Below are positions 11,807-24,751 of a stretch of 64,000 nucleotides of DNA, piece by piece. The stretch lies in the NCBI RefSeq assembly GCF_009914755.1, contig NC_060931.1; one strand, written 5' to 3'. Positions within the stretch are counted from its first letter, which is position 1; every line of letters starts with the position of its first letter. The position numbers and the translations under genes were made by a program. This DNA is from the human T2T-CHM13v2.0 reference genome, Homo sapiens. The notes beneath the pieces were generated by a model, which was given only the letters and a program-made list of their open reading frames with translations, was not told where the DNA came from and made no database searches.

Positions 11807-12309
11807 TTGGGAAGAATATTTGGGGTTTGGGGGGGACATACTTTACAAAGAACATTCCATATGTTCTACAGAGATGGGACTGGAGAGGGAGAGAACTAAG
11901 GTAAGAGATTGGGAAAGAAAAATGGATTGAACAAATATTTAGAAACTAATAATGATGCAGCCTAGAGAATGCTTGTTTAAAGAGTAGAAAGGTGAAAAGG
12001 AATGTGGAATGTACCCGACTTCCTGGACATGGTTCTTGCTCTTTTTCTTGTGATACAAATCTAACTCCTTTTATGCAAGGGTCAGACCTACGACTAATTT
12101 TCCCACTCTGTAAGGCTGGGATTCCATTGGGAATCTAGGGCTGAGAAAACTCTATCCCCATTGAGATTGCTCTTCTCACCCCCACTTTGCACACCTGTCT
12201 GTTTCCCTGTGGGGCTGTATGAATTATTTGGATGCAACAAGCTGATGTTGTTATAATCTGAAGCTTCAGAGCCTGCCTGGTACCTGCAACACAATTGATA
12301 TTTTAAAAA

Positions 12310-13045
12310 AGTGCCTAAGGAAGGAAACCATAGTAACATCAGAGTGAAGAAAACCTAGCAGACACCACCTTAATCAGGTGACCAGGATCATCATCACCAG
12401 GAATAAGACCTATTGGTACCATGTACTGCTAATGATATGATGTGTAGGGCATTTCATGTGCATGTCGCTCCTCTCCAAAATCTCTAACCCTAGTCTAATA
12501 ATGAGCAAACACCAGACAAACCCAAATTGGGAACATCCTACAAGATACTTGACCAGTACTCTTCAAAAATGCAGGGTCATGAAAGATAAGGAGAGACAGA
12601 CATTGCTGAGCTTCACCTGAGCCCTGTATCCCCAGAAGCATGAAGATGGAGAAATCTACCTACCAGCCCACATATTCTCACTCTCAACCTGTCTACCTGC
12701 CCCTTTAAGACACCAGACTCTTCAGTGATGTATGTTCTCCCTGTTACGATGACCTGAATTACATCATCCTTAGTTGTCTGTTGCATTTTGTCTTTCCAAA
12801 GACTGAGAAAACAAATACTTGTAATGTGATATTCTCAAATGCCCTAAACAGATAAAGGGCATTTGTGGGACACCCGGGGAAATATTAATAAAGTCGGCAG
12901 TTTAGTTAGTAGTATTGTGTTAATGTTAATGTTTTCATTTCAATAAATGCATGTGATTATGCAAAATGTTAACATTAGGGGAACATAGGTGAACCCTGTA
13001 CTATCTTTTTAAGTATCTGGTGTGTCCAAAATTATTTGAAAAAAA
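12310..13045 (+). mobile_element. L1MC 3' region (L1MC4/5-like), interrupted by an LTR
   Basis: caccagacaaacccaaattgggaacatcctacaa...ccagtactcttcaaaa...gtcatgaaagataagg. Confidence 0.8.
12604..12798 (+). mobile_element. Internally deleted ERV1 LTR (MER92-like)
   Basis: Starts tgctgagcttcacctgagccctgt and interrupts the L1MC; subfamily from recall. Confidence 0.55.
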
Positions 13046-13121
13046 TCTTTTTTAAAGTTTCTGCTAAATGGCTAAATATCAGCAACATTTGTGTCTCCTC
13101 TGGAGCTCTGGAATCCTAAAA

Positions 13122-13538
13122 TGTTGCAGAGGATGGTGAAGTGCACGTCCCAGAGCCACATCTAAGATGTGGCACTCATTCTCCACACTGCCAACAGTAC
13201 TGAAAAAGGACAGCCCAGCCAGTGCTTCTCTAGGCGTTGCCTGAGCCAATAAGAGACCAAGACCCTGCTTCTCTCCAGGGGAACACATTTACCAAGACTA
13301 GTGACAGTGAGGGATAGAAAGGCCTTCCCCCTTGCTTTATGGAGGGTGCCTTTGGGGCCCTTTTTTGACGCAGAGTTTTCTGTCTTATGACCACATTACA
13401 TTACAAACCTTGCATTTTCCCAATTCTATCAACTTCAACCCCCCCTTGATTGTTGATCCCAACAGCATTCACCAAATAAACTTCCTCTTCAAAATCTTTG
13501 GCTAAGAGACTATATTCCAGGGAACCTGACCTCTGTCA
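13122..13538 (+). mobile_element. LTR16-family ERVL LTR
   Basis: TG...CA termini; 3' end gttgatcccaacagcattcaccaaataaacttcc...ccagggaacctgacctctgtca. Confidence 0.75.
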
Positions 13539-13546
13539 GGCATTTA

Positions 13547-13616
13547 CTACATTGGTGCAAAAGTAATTGAGGTTTTTAACCATTACTTTTAACTGCAAAA
13601 TCCTCAATTTCTTTTA
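13547..13616. mobile_element. MADE1 (Hsmar1-derived MITE), right TIR truncated
   Basis: ttggtgcaaaagtaattgaggtttttaaccattacttttaactgcaaaatcctcaatttctttt matches the MADE1 palindrome. Confidence 0.9.
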
Positions 13617-13629
13617 ATAAAAGGCACTC

Positions 13630-13655
13630 CACACACACACACGCACACACACACA
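13630..13655. repeat. (CA)n microsatellite
   Basis: Seen directly. Confidence 0.9.
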
Positions 13656-13671
13656 AAACCACCTGCACTAC

Positions 13672-14067
13672 TGTACTAATTGGGGTTGTCCAGAAAAACA
13701 GAACCAATGTAAGGGGCTTATTTTTAATAACTAGCTCATGTGATTGTAGGGGCTGGCAAGTTGGAAATCTGCAGGGCAGGCCAGCAGCCTGGAGAAACAG
13801 GGAGGGTTTCTATGTTGCAGTCTGGAAGCAGAATTCCTTCTTTCAGAAATTTCAATCTTTGCTCATGGGTCCTTTAATGGATTCAACTGACTTGAAAAGG
13901 CCTATCCATCCACATTATGTAGGGCAATTTGCTTTATGCAAAGTCTACTGATTTAAATGTTAATCACATCTAAAAAATACCTTCACAGCAACATCAAGAC
14001 TGATGCTTGGCTAAACATCTAGGCACCATGACCTACCCAAGTTGACACAAAAAAATCAACCATTACA
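13672..14067 (-). mobile_element. MLT2 (ERVL) LTR
   Basis: ggttgtccagaaaaacagaaccaat...aaagtctactgatttaaatgttaatcacatct...caagttgacacaaaaaaatcaaccattaca. Confidence 0.9.
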
Positions 14068-14749
14068 GTCCACCCACACTGTCAGCAAACGTAAAAGCAA
14101 TAATTGCACATAGCATAGGCCATGGCAGAGCATGCTGTCTAGAGGGATCTTGCCTGTTACTACAGAAAGACGTTTTCGAGGCCAGGACTAGAAATGGGAA
14201 ATGTGAATCGAGGCACTATTCCTTGTGTGACATCACTGGCATGTATTAAACACATGATTTTCTGGATTTACACTTATTATAATAATATAGATGGGACTGT
14301 GAGCAATAAGTTGAATAACATAAAATGCTGTCAATCTTCACTTTTATTTTTATATTTCATCTACATTTTAAATTTCTTTCAGTGTGAGAAGCTTTCCCCA
14401 AGCTGGTGTATAGACACTCTTGCAAGCTTTAAAAATGTTCTGGTCCCTTGAAAGCAATAGGGAGTTTCATCGTAATTTCAGTTTGCAAAAGAGATTCTTG
14501 ATTCAGAAGTTAGTATGTTCAGACCAAAATATTTAGTACTATTTTGATCTTCAAAGTTAAGCTTTCCCTCTCCTGCAAAGCAGAAGGAAAAAGAGTTGCC
14601 AGGGAAGCATCCATAGTGAGCCTATAGGTTGGCAGCAGAAAACATATTTTATGGTCTATACATATTTCTCAAAATAATTAATATAGGACTGCATACAAAA
14701 TAGGTGCTTATTATCTGTAGATATTTTAGTAAGATTGGCATGCTTTCCT

Positions 14750-15450
14750 CTAACTCAATTAGGAAAGGATTTTTAGGAGATGGGAGTGAGTAAATGTACC
14801 TAATATGGCACAGAAGATGAGGACCCAAATTTGATCATTAGATTTAGCAAAGCAAGGGTTACTAATAGTTTACACAAGAGTAATATTTTGGTGGCATGTC
14901 AGGAGAAAAGCCTCACTGTAATGTTAATAAAAATTGGGAGAAAAAGCCACAGTGAGAGTAGAAAATGGCAAGATGTTCCGCAGATGAGAAGGTAACTGGG
15001 GTGAAAAGGGAATCGCGTGTGTGTGCATGTGCGCATGCTTTAAGACGGGCAAGATAACAACATGTTTTTATGCTGATGAGAACTACCTAGAAGAGAGTGT
15101 GAGGAAGAACAACAACTGATGCTATAGGGGAGAGGACAGAATTACAGGTATGTGTTCCTCACTGGGGAGAGGCAATAGTAGACGACAGTCAAGTGTGGGG
15201 GCCACAGGGAGTTTCTCCTCGGCCACAGGAAGGAATGCAGAGCACGTGGCTCAGATATGGTTGAGGAGGCTTATGGAAGTTCTGTGCCTGCTCTCTTCTT
15301 ATTGTGTTATTTTCTCAGTGAAATAGGGAGCTAGTCATCAGCTGATGGTAGGATGAATTAGAACTTTGAAGAGAGGAGAATGACTCACGTTATAGCTCAG
15401 GGGATTTGGAGAGTAAACAGACTCTAGCATGATGACTGGGTAGCGTTATG
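14750..15450 (-). mobile_element. L2 internal fragment
   Basis: cattagatttagcaa...attttggtggc...ttattttctcagtgaaatagggagctagtcatcagctga. Confidence 0.6.
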
Positions 15451-15504
15451 TCATGGCTCAGATACTGGTGTCATGAGCTCTTCCTCAACTCCACAGTCCA
15501 GTTT

Positions 15505-15613
15505 GAAAGTGACCAAATCTTCTTGTTTTGTCCCAGACTTTCTCAGTTTTGAGAAAGTCTCATGTCTCAGGAAGCCCCGCAGTCCTGGGCAAAGCAGACG
15601 ACTGGCCACCATG
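15505..15613. mobile_element. MER81 (hAT-Blackjack MITE)
   Basis: gtgaccaa...gtcccagac...gaaagtctcatgtctcaggaagccccgcagtcctgggcaaagc...tggccacc with degenerate TIRs. Confidence 0.75.
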
Positions 15614-17329
15614 TCAAAGTTCTCCTGGTTATCAACCTTAAGGCTTTTCTCTTGAGATGTGAAGGGAGCAGACATCCCATTTTCACCTCTGGCTCAGTGG
15701 GAGGGGAAAGGTCGTAGTAGCACTTTCTCTGAAGAAATCCCCACATAAAGTCCTTCTCTCCACCTGCACTCTCACTCATGTCATCCGTATAAATTTCAGA
15801 ATCCAATAACCATTCTTGGGAAAGAACATATTTTTAGAAAAATACCATTCCATAATTTTAGAAAATTTGTTATTTTAAGATAGTTTAAAAATATATTATT
15901 TAAAAACACATTAAAATATATGACTTTAAAATTCTCCTTAGAATTTGGCATCTCTTGAAAGGTAGTGCATCAGTTGGACTTTAGATTTAGTGCCCTGTCA
16001 CACTAAAAGTGTTGACTAAAAATGAAGCATCTACTCACATCATCACCTTTATTTCTTCTGCGTATTGTAGATGACATTGTTAGCTTTGAAACATTTCACC
16101 TCACTTCTTGCCTCTAAGTTGTATGATATTTAACACAACCTTCAAAAGTAAATTATGTCATCACTTAAATGGATCCAGAAACAAGAATATTGTTCTAATA
16201 ATCAAGCCAAACTCTGAATAATGCTTTTGTCAGATGGCCTTTATCATCTCCCAAATCTCTGTCTCTACTTTTGACTTCATGAAAGGCTAAAGGGTAAGAA
16301 AATCACTGATACCCTTCTGTGCCAGATGAAAATGTTCTGTCTGATCAATTTTAAAGGTCAGTACCTGTTAAAGGACAGTGCTTGTGGAAAACGATATGGC
16401 TTTGTACTGTAAAACAAGAATCCTTTACACTCACTTAAGGACACCATCAACAAGTTAATTATAATTTTATTTTCTTTTTGCAAATCTTTCTTTTTACTCA
16501 TTTTTTAAAGAAGAAGGGTGGAAAAAACAGATGATACATTACTTGAGATCGAGCAAATTAGTATTACACAATCTTGGTTTATCAGCTTAAATATCTTGTA
16601 ACTAGGAGGGTGTGCTGAATTATTGAAAGGATTATGAAAATTATTCTCTAGGGCTAGCTTACCCCTCCTTTTTCTTACCATGTAACAAAAATCACATATA
16701 CTTATTTTTTTCAGTAGAAGTATTATTTTTCTTGGAACTCTGTGTCAAATAAGATAATAGAGAAGAAAGCACTGTGGGCTGTCTGGGTTGGTTAACAAAA
16801 TACAACCATGATTAATAGCAGAGATTTTAAAGGCATCTGCCTCCCAGGAAGATCACATCATCCAGTTGTCTTCTCTCCCTGAGAGAGAAATTCCAGTCCC
16901 TTTCCTTGGTTGCATTTTCAGGACCTGATATAGCTACTTTATAGGACTGTAGAAGTCAACCTCTGGACATGGGTAGGGTTCAGAGTAGCAGGGTGGAGGG
17001 GAGCCTGGTATGGTGGGAAATGCTTGGGGTTTGGAGCTCATTGGGCTTGACTGTGCCATTTAGGGCATAAACTTTGTCTGATTCTGAATGTTGCTATCTA
17101 GGAAGTAATACTAATAATTGCTTCAAAAAAAATGTCATGGGGATTGTCTGCTGTATGAGGTCACTTGCTGAATATTTGAGCTGAAGTTTGAGCTATTGAA
17201 TGCAACTTCCTATATATTCCTTTTGTATTATTATGGAAATATAGCCTACTCACACCTTATGTCCTGCAAAATGGGAAAGTGTTCCATAATAAATTCCCCT
17301 GTGCTATGGGGATTAAAAACACTGCAAAG

Positions 17330-19585
17330 CTTAGACTTTACAGGGATTCTAGAAAAAATGAAACCTCTGATGCTTACACGTACAGCAAATATTAAATTCA
17401 ACCCACCTCCTAGGCAGATTAATTTAAATTTCACATTAGAATACTACTTACATCAGTTCCTATTACCTGACATAGGATGTGTGGCTTCTAACCACCAAAA
17501 AATTACAAGATATGCTAAAAGGCAAGATAAAACACCATCTGAGGAGACAAAACAAGCATCAGAGTCAACCTCATCCAGGCAGAGATTTTGGAATTATAAG
17601 ACAAAAATTTTAAAATAACTATGGCTAGGCTGAGGGCTCCAAAGCAAAAAACAGGCAACATGCAAAATCAAATGAGTAATGTAAGCAGAGAGATAGCATT
17701 TCTAAGAAATAATCAAAAAAATACTAGCAATCAAAATAATCCATAACAGAAATGAAAAATGTCCTTGATGGCCTCATCAATAGATTAGGCATAGCAAGGA
17801 GAACATCAGTGGGCTTAAAGTTATGTCAAAAGAAACTTTCCCAAATTAAATTCAAAGAATGAAAACCAAAAGACAAACTAAAAAAGAACACAACACCCAA
17901 GAGCTGCAGGACAATTTCAAAAGGTTTAGCATGTGTTATTGAAATATCAAGAGATGAGAGAAAAAGAAGCAGAAGGTATATTTAAAGAAATAGTGGGTGC
18001 AAATTTTCCAAAATTAATGACAGACACAGTTCCAGGAATTTCAGAGAATATAAAACATGATAAATAAGTGTAGGTAAATACACCTAGGAATATCACAATT
18101 AAACTGTAGAAAACAAAAGACAAAGAGAAAATCTTGAAAGCAGCCAGAGAGAGTAAAAACACCTAACAGATATATGAAAAAAGATAAGAATTACATCAAA
18201 CTTCTTGTCGAAAACCATGCAAACAAGAAGGGAGTGGAGTAGAATATTTAACACTTGAACAAAACAAAAGAAAATAAACTTGCAACCTTGAATTCTACAT
18301 CCTATAAAGTGATCCATTAAAAGCTAAGGAGAAATAAGGACCTTCTCAAACAAAAACTAAGGAAATTTATTGCCAGTAGATGTAACCCTGAGACATTTTA
18401 AAAGAAGTTCTTCAGGGAGAAAGAATATAATACTACTCAGAAGCTTGGATCTACATAAAGAAAGGAAAGCATCAAAGGAGGAATAAGTGATTATAAAATT
18501 AAATTTTATATTATTCTTATTCTTAATTGACTGAATAGGTAGCTGTTTATTCAAAGTACTAATAATAACAACAGTGCATTAAGTGATTATAGTATATACA
18601 TAAGGAAAATGAACAACAACAAAGTTAAAAGGGACAGGAAGGAGTGATTGGGGTACACTGTTAAAGGTACCTGTACCACCTATGAAGTATTATGGTAGTA
18701 TTTGAGAGTGGACTTAATTTGGTTGTAAATATATATTGCAAACTGCAGAGTAACTGCTAAAAACATTTTTAAAAAGAAGTATAATTGATATGCTAAGAGA
18801 AGGGAGAAAATCTAATCATATAAAATACTCAATTAAGACCAGAGGGGGCATGAAATGCAGCAAAGAAAAGGAAAAAAACCCAGCAAGCACAAAAAGTAGA
18901 AAATTGTCCCAAAATCACAGATTTAAACTAATTATACAAGAAATCACTTTAACTGTGAATGGTCTCAATATACCAAAATAAAAACAGAGATTGTCATAGT
19001 GGATAAAAACAATAACCAACTCTATGTTGTCTAAAATAAACCCACTTTATATAGAAAGACACAGATAGGTTAAACATAAAGAAATGAAGAAAGCTATATA
19101 CTAATCAAAACAAAGCCAAATTAGCTAAATTCATTTCAGACAAAGTAGATTTCAGAACAAGGAAGATTGTCAGAAATGTGGAAGTCCACTACATAATGAA
19201 AAAATATTCCCCAAGAAGACATAATAATTCTTAATGTGTATGTACTTAACAATATCATCAAAATATGGGAGAAAAAAGTAACCGTATAGTTGGTAATTTT
19301 ACCACTCCTCTTTCAGTAATTGATGAAACAGACAGAAAATAAGGATATAATTGACTTGACAGCACCATCAATCAATTTGATCTAATTGATATCTATAGAG
19401 CATGTATCTAATAATAGCAGAATACTCATTCCTCTTAAGTTCACATGAAACAATGACCAAGATAAACCACATTCTGGGCCATAAAACACTCTTGTGTTTT
19501 AAAGACTAAAGAGCAAGTTTTAAAGACTAAGATCAAAAACTATGCTCTTAGACCACAATAGACATCATTGAGAAATCAGTCAAAG
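17330..19585 (+). mobile_element. Old L1M: 5' region, ORF1 and ORF2 endonuclease remnant
   Basis: ORF1-like gagaaaatcttgaaagcagccagaga; ORF2 start ITLTVNGLN in ORF 18790-18981. Confidence 0.85.
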
Positions 19586-20410
19586 CTAGAACAATTCATG
19601 CAACCAAATACAGAAAGTTGTACTGGATTATAACCTAAAGTATAAAAGAAATATTCATAAATATATATTCTGATATAAATAAATGACTAAAACAAAAAAT
19701 AGGGAGAAGATACAAACATCTCAAAAAGGAAAAATATAAGTAATTTATGTAGACACTTTATTTGTAAGGAGAAAAAACATAACTCATGACTTTGCAAGTG
19801 TCCAATGCACAGTGACTTATTTCTGGAGTGCAGCATGCAAGGGGGAGAACAATGAAAGCTTACACATAAAGAAACTTGACCAACACTGCCTTAGCCAGGT
19901 GCTCAAGCTCAGCATTGGCAGTGATAAGTCATGTTAGCAGTATGTACGTTTGAAATAATATGATAAAAATGGCATTTTGCTTCTGTGATTTTCCTAAAAT
20001 CCTATCTCCATGCTGATCATAAGAAAAACATCAGACAAACTCTAGTAGAGGGGAATCCTACAAAATATTTGACATGTATCTCTCAAAATCATCAAGGTCA
20101 TGAAAACAAGGAAATTATGGGAAACTATCAGAGCCTAAAGAAGGCTAAGGAGACATGACAATAGTGCAATGTGATATCTTGGACAGGATCTGAGAACAGG
20201 GGAAAAAAAAAACCCACTTGGTAAAACCCCCCCAAAACTAAATAAACTATGGACTTAGTTAATATAATGTATCAGTATTTGTTCATTAAGTGTAATAAAT
20301 ATGTCATATTAATTTAAGATGTTAATAGGAGGAAAGTTGGTACAGAATATGTAGCAACTATACTATCTTCTTAATTTTTCTGTAAATTTAATATTATTCT
20401 AAAAAGTAAG
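19586..20410 (+). mobile_element. L1MC3/L1MD-type 3'UTR
   Basis: ggattataacctaaagtataaaa...gtgataagtcatgttag...aaaacatcagacaaac...tttttctgtaaatttaatattattctaaaaa. Confidence 0.8.
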
Positions 20411-20414
20411 GGCT

Positions 20415-20580
20415 ATTACAAATATTCAATTAATTTGAAAGAAAGCAGAAAAGAGGAAAAGAGAATTAAAAACACATGAGACAAACAGAAAGCAAATAGC
20501 AATACCATACATTTATACCCAATCATATCAATAATCATGTGAAATGTAAAGGATCTATACACCTCAACTGAAAGGCAGAG
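20415..20580 (+). mobile_element. Older L1M host, left part (ORF2 start)
   Basis: atatcaataatcatgtgaaatgtaaaggatctatacacctcaactgaaaggcagag; continues collinearly at 27267. Confidence 0.7.
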
Positions 20581-23500
20581 AATAGGATTTCTGTTTATGT
20601 ACAGATGCAGGAAGATACGTCTTCCTGTTCTCCTCTAAGGAAAACTAAAATCTTTGCACTTCATATATAAAAGCAACATAAGAAGACACTATGGTAGGAG
20701 AGAATAAGGAGGACTGGCCAAGGACTTCAGGACCTCAAGAACCCAGGAAAGACATGGTGGTGAGGCCTGTGAGCTTTATTTTTTTCTCATATATTTTAGA
20801 CTTGGAACTAAAGAAGCCAGGATGCCAAAAATGCGAATGGGCATGGATGAAAGGCTGAAAACAAAATGCTTTCCTCAGCCAAGAGATCAGGAAAAGGGAA
20901 GCCTGGCAAAACATAAAACTTTTAGATTATAACCTCTATACTCCAGCCAAACTGCAGAAAGATGGTTGTGCCAGCTCCTTTGATGGCAACAATGTCAAAT
21001 GCCTCAGCTGACTATAACAAGAGGCTCCAGTCATTTTCTGGGATGGTGTCAGAGAAGGCCAGGTAGGGAGGCAGGACGTTCATTACTGCTCAGTGGTCAC
21101 TAGCCTAGACCCACAAGGAGTAGATGGAGACCATGTTGGGGGGTCTGAACTTCCTTCCTAATCCAGCAGTAATGAGGCGCCCCTTCCCTTCCTTGCTAGA
21201 ATCATGGAAGAGAAGGCCTAATAGACCTTCTGGACCTTCACCACCCCTCAGTGGTAGTGAGGCTCCCTTCCACACACTCCCACCCTGCCTCTCACACCGC
21301 CATGGTGTCTGTGGAGGTAACATGAGAAGTAGGAGCAAGGCAGATCTATCCTATTCAGTCAGTAAGGTATCAGTGATCAGTGGAGACACTTTAGGAAATA
21401 TTTCTTTAATCCACCTAGAAGGAAAGAGAAGCACTCCCTACCTTGGATTTCAATGGAGGAAAGATGGGACAGTGAAACTTTTACCCACACATGGAAGTAA
21501 TGTTAGTAACCTCTTTCCCCAGTTCTCCTGCCAGTGTGATGTCAGAGAAATCCAGCTAACACAGAAGATTTCAATAAGATCTAGAGTTTCATAATATCCA
21601 AAATGTCAATCAGTAATTACTCCTAACACCAAAACCCAGGAGATCTTAAACTTAATGAATGTAAACAATCAATAGATGCTAACACAGAGATGATAAAATA
21701 AGCTTAACAAGGATTTTAAAACCATCAATACAAAAAAGCTTTAATGGGTAATTGTGAACATACTTGAAATAGAATAGACTAATAAATAGAAAGTCTCAGC
21801 AAAGAAATAGGAAAATATACAGAAGGACATAGACTGTACAACTGAAGAATTCAATGATTGAAACAAAAACTTCTATGGGTTTGCAGAATGGAGGGACAGA
21901 GGACAGGAGCAGTAAACTAGAAGATAAAAGAATAGAAATTTTCCAATCTGAACAAGAGAAAACAGACTAAAAGGAAAAAAGAAAAGAACAGAGCCTCAGG
22001 AATCTGTGGGACAATAACAAAATATCTAATATTTATATCACTGGACTACCAAAATGAAATAAGTAAGAGTGAGAGGCTGAAAAGTACTTGACAAAATAAG
22101 GGCTGAAAATTCCCCAATTTTGGCAAAATACATGAACTTATAAACCCAAGAGACTAAGGGAAGCCTAATTATGATAAACCCAAGGAAATCTACACCAAGA
22201 CACAACATAATCAAATTTCAAAAAATGAATCACAAAAATAGTTTTAAAAACTCCAAAAGAAAACAACAACCTAACCACAGCAGAAAATCAATTCAAATTA
22301 CAGGCAATATCCCATCAGAAATTATAGAGGCCAGAAAGAAGTGACACAAAAAATTTTAAATGTTGATGATGAAAAAATAACCCAGAACCTTATACAGTGC
22401 AAAGATGCTTCATGAATGAAGGGGAAATCAAAACACTCTCAGATAAAGGAAAATGGTGAGAATTTGTCACAATCAAGCCTACTCTAAAAGAATGGCTCAA
22501 GGACGTTCTCAGAATAGAAAGTTAACAATAAATAGAGGAAACGGAACAGCAGGAAGAACAAAATACAGTAAGCAAACATATGCATAAATACAATATACTT
22601 TCCTTTTCCTCTTGAGTTTTCCAAATAATGGCACAGCATTAAAACAAAATTACAGCTATCTCCTGTGATTATTAATGTATGTGAAGTAAACGTTTAAGAC
22701 ACTTATAAATGAGGTCAGGTTAAAAAAAACTAAGGAGAGATAAAGTTTCTAGATTTTACTCAAACTAATAATATGATGACACCAGTAGACTTTGATAAGT
22801 TATGAATATAATACCAGAGAAAACACAAAAAGCTATATAAAAAAGGCACACCCTGAAACACTACAGAAAAACTATACAAAAGGTACACTCCAAAACACTA
22901 CAAAAAATGAAATTAAAAAACTTTTTAAGTAACGTAGGAATTCAGAAAAAAGAAAGCTCAGAAATGTTCTCTGAGAGAGAACAGACAACAAAAATAAAAT
23001 GGCACATTTAAACCTTAACTTCTCAACAATTACATCATGCATAAATGATCTCAATAGCAATTAAAAGACAGATTTTCGGAGTGGATTTTAAAATATGACA
23101 CAACTATATACTGTTTATTTAAAAACTTACTTCAAATATAACCATATAAACAGATTGAAAATAATGCAGCAAGATACCTCATGCAGACATCAATCAAAAG
23201 AAAAAAGGAGTGGACTATATAATAGTAGATAAAATAAATATTAAAGCAAAGAAAATTACCAAAAAGAAGGACGGTCTATAATGATAAAAGGGTCAGTTCA
23301 CTGAGAAACCAAGCAGTTAGCATAATCACTAAAGAACACAGCTGCAAAATATGCAAAGGAAAAACTGATAGAATGGAAAGGATTTGGAGACAAATACACA
23401 ATTTTAGTTGATGACATCAACAACTATCTTTCAGAAACTAGCAGAAGAAAATCATCAGAGACATAGAATAACTCACTATACTATGAGCCAAAAGGGTCTA

Positions 23501-24701
23501 ATTGTCATGTGTAGTTCACTCTATCCCAAAAGAACAGAACACATGAAATATTCCTGGTATTCAGAAAAAAAATATACCAAGGTAGACAATTTCATGGACC
23601 ATAAAACAAACCTCAACAATTTTAACAAAATTGAAATAATACAGTGTATTCGCCAAACACAAAGAGGTGAAACCAGAAATCTACAATAGAAATAGAACAG
23701 GAAAATCTTCAAATTTACTTAAAAACTAAACAACACACTTCTAAATAATCCATAGGTTTTTCAAGGAGGAAATCTGTCAGAAAGCAAATGAAAAAATATA
23801 TTGAACTTAGTGAAAATGAAAATGCAATATATAGAAATTTGCAGAATACTGCTAAAGCAGTACCGAAATGTAAATTTACATCGGTAAGTGAATGCCTTGG
23901 AAAAGAGAAAAACTCTCAAATCAATTATATAAGCTCCCACCTCAAGAAACTTCAAAGGGGTGATTTTTCAAAAACATCAATAAAATTGACAAACCTCTGC
24001 TAAGAATGACAAAAACATAATAGGTAAGATAAAAATTATGCAGGCAAAGAATTATTCAGGGGCTGTCACTGGAGACCTTGCAGATGTCAAAAGAATTAGA
24101 GAATACTAGGAGCAACTCTACACATAAAATTTAACAGTTTAGAAGAAATGAACCAATTCCTCCAGAAGCACAAACTCTCAGAACTCAGCCAATATAAAAT
24201 TGATAATATGAATGGCCCTGTAACTATTAAAGGAATTGGATTTGCAATTAATCCTCCATCTCAAAAAACAAAAATACCCAAGCCCAGATTGTTTCACTAG
24301 AGCATTCTACCAAATGATTAAAATGAATTATTACTCATTCTTCACAATCTATCCCAGAAAGAAAAGGAGAGAAAACATACTAATTCATATTAAGAAACCA
24401 ATATTACCCTGTTACCAAAACCAGACAAAGACAGCACAAGAAAGCCAACCCTACAGATTAGCATCCTATGTGAATATAAATGTAAAAATTCTTAAAAACT
24501 GTTAGCAAATAGAATTTGGCAATATATAAAAGAAATTATACATCATGACCAAGTGGGGTTTATTCTAGGGATGAAAGCCTGGTTCAATATTTATATATCA
24601 ATTATTTCAATGTACCATGATATTTCTAAAGTGAAAAATCACATAGCCATATCAATTGATGCAGAAAACACATTTGATGACATCCAAAATCTATTCATGA
24701 T

Positions 24702-24751
24702 AATAGCTCAGCAAGTTAGAAATGAAAATAGCTCAGCAAGTTAGAAATGAA
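24702..24751. repeat. Perfect 25-bp tandem duplication
   Basis: aatagctcagcaagttagaaatgaa x2. Confidence 0.95.

Larger units (their letters stand above)
10640..12030 (-). mobile_element. L2 3' portion interrupted by a MIR and an LTR
   Basis: catatttattgaaagccaacatg (L2 terminus, reverse complement) followed by degenerate purine-rich L2 sequence on both sides of the LTR. Confidence 0.55.

Noticed and set aside
15567-15806. 79-aa ORF with a protein-like acidic start
   Set aside because: Runs into the MER81 element, has a non-ATG start and no convincing splice sites
21124-21594. 156-aa ATG ORF
   Set aside because: Lies within the 5'UTR of the old L1MC element and has no recognisable product
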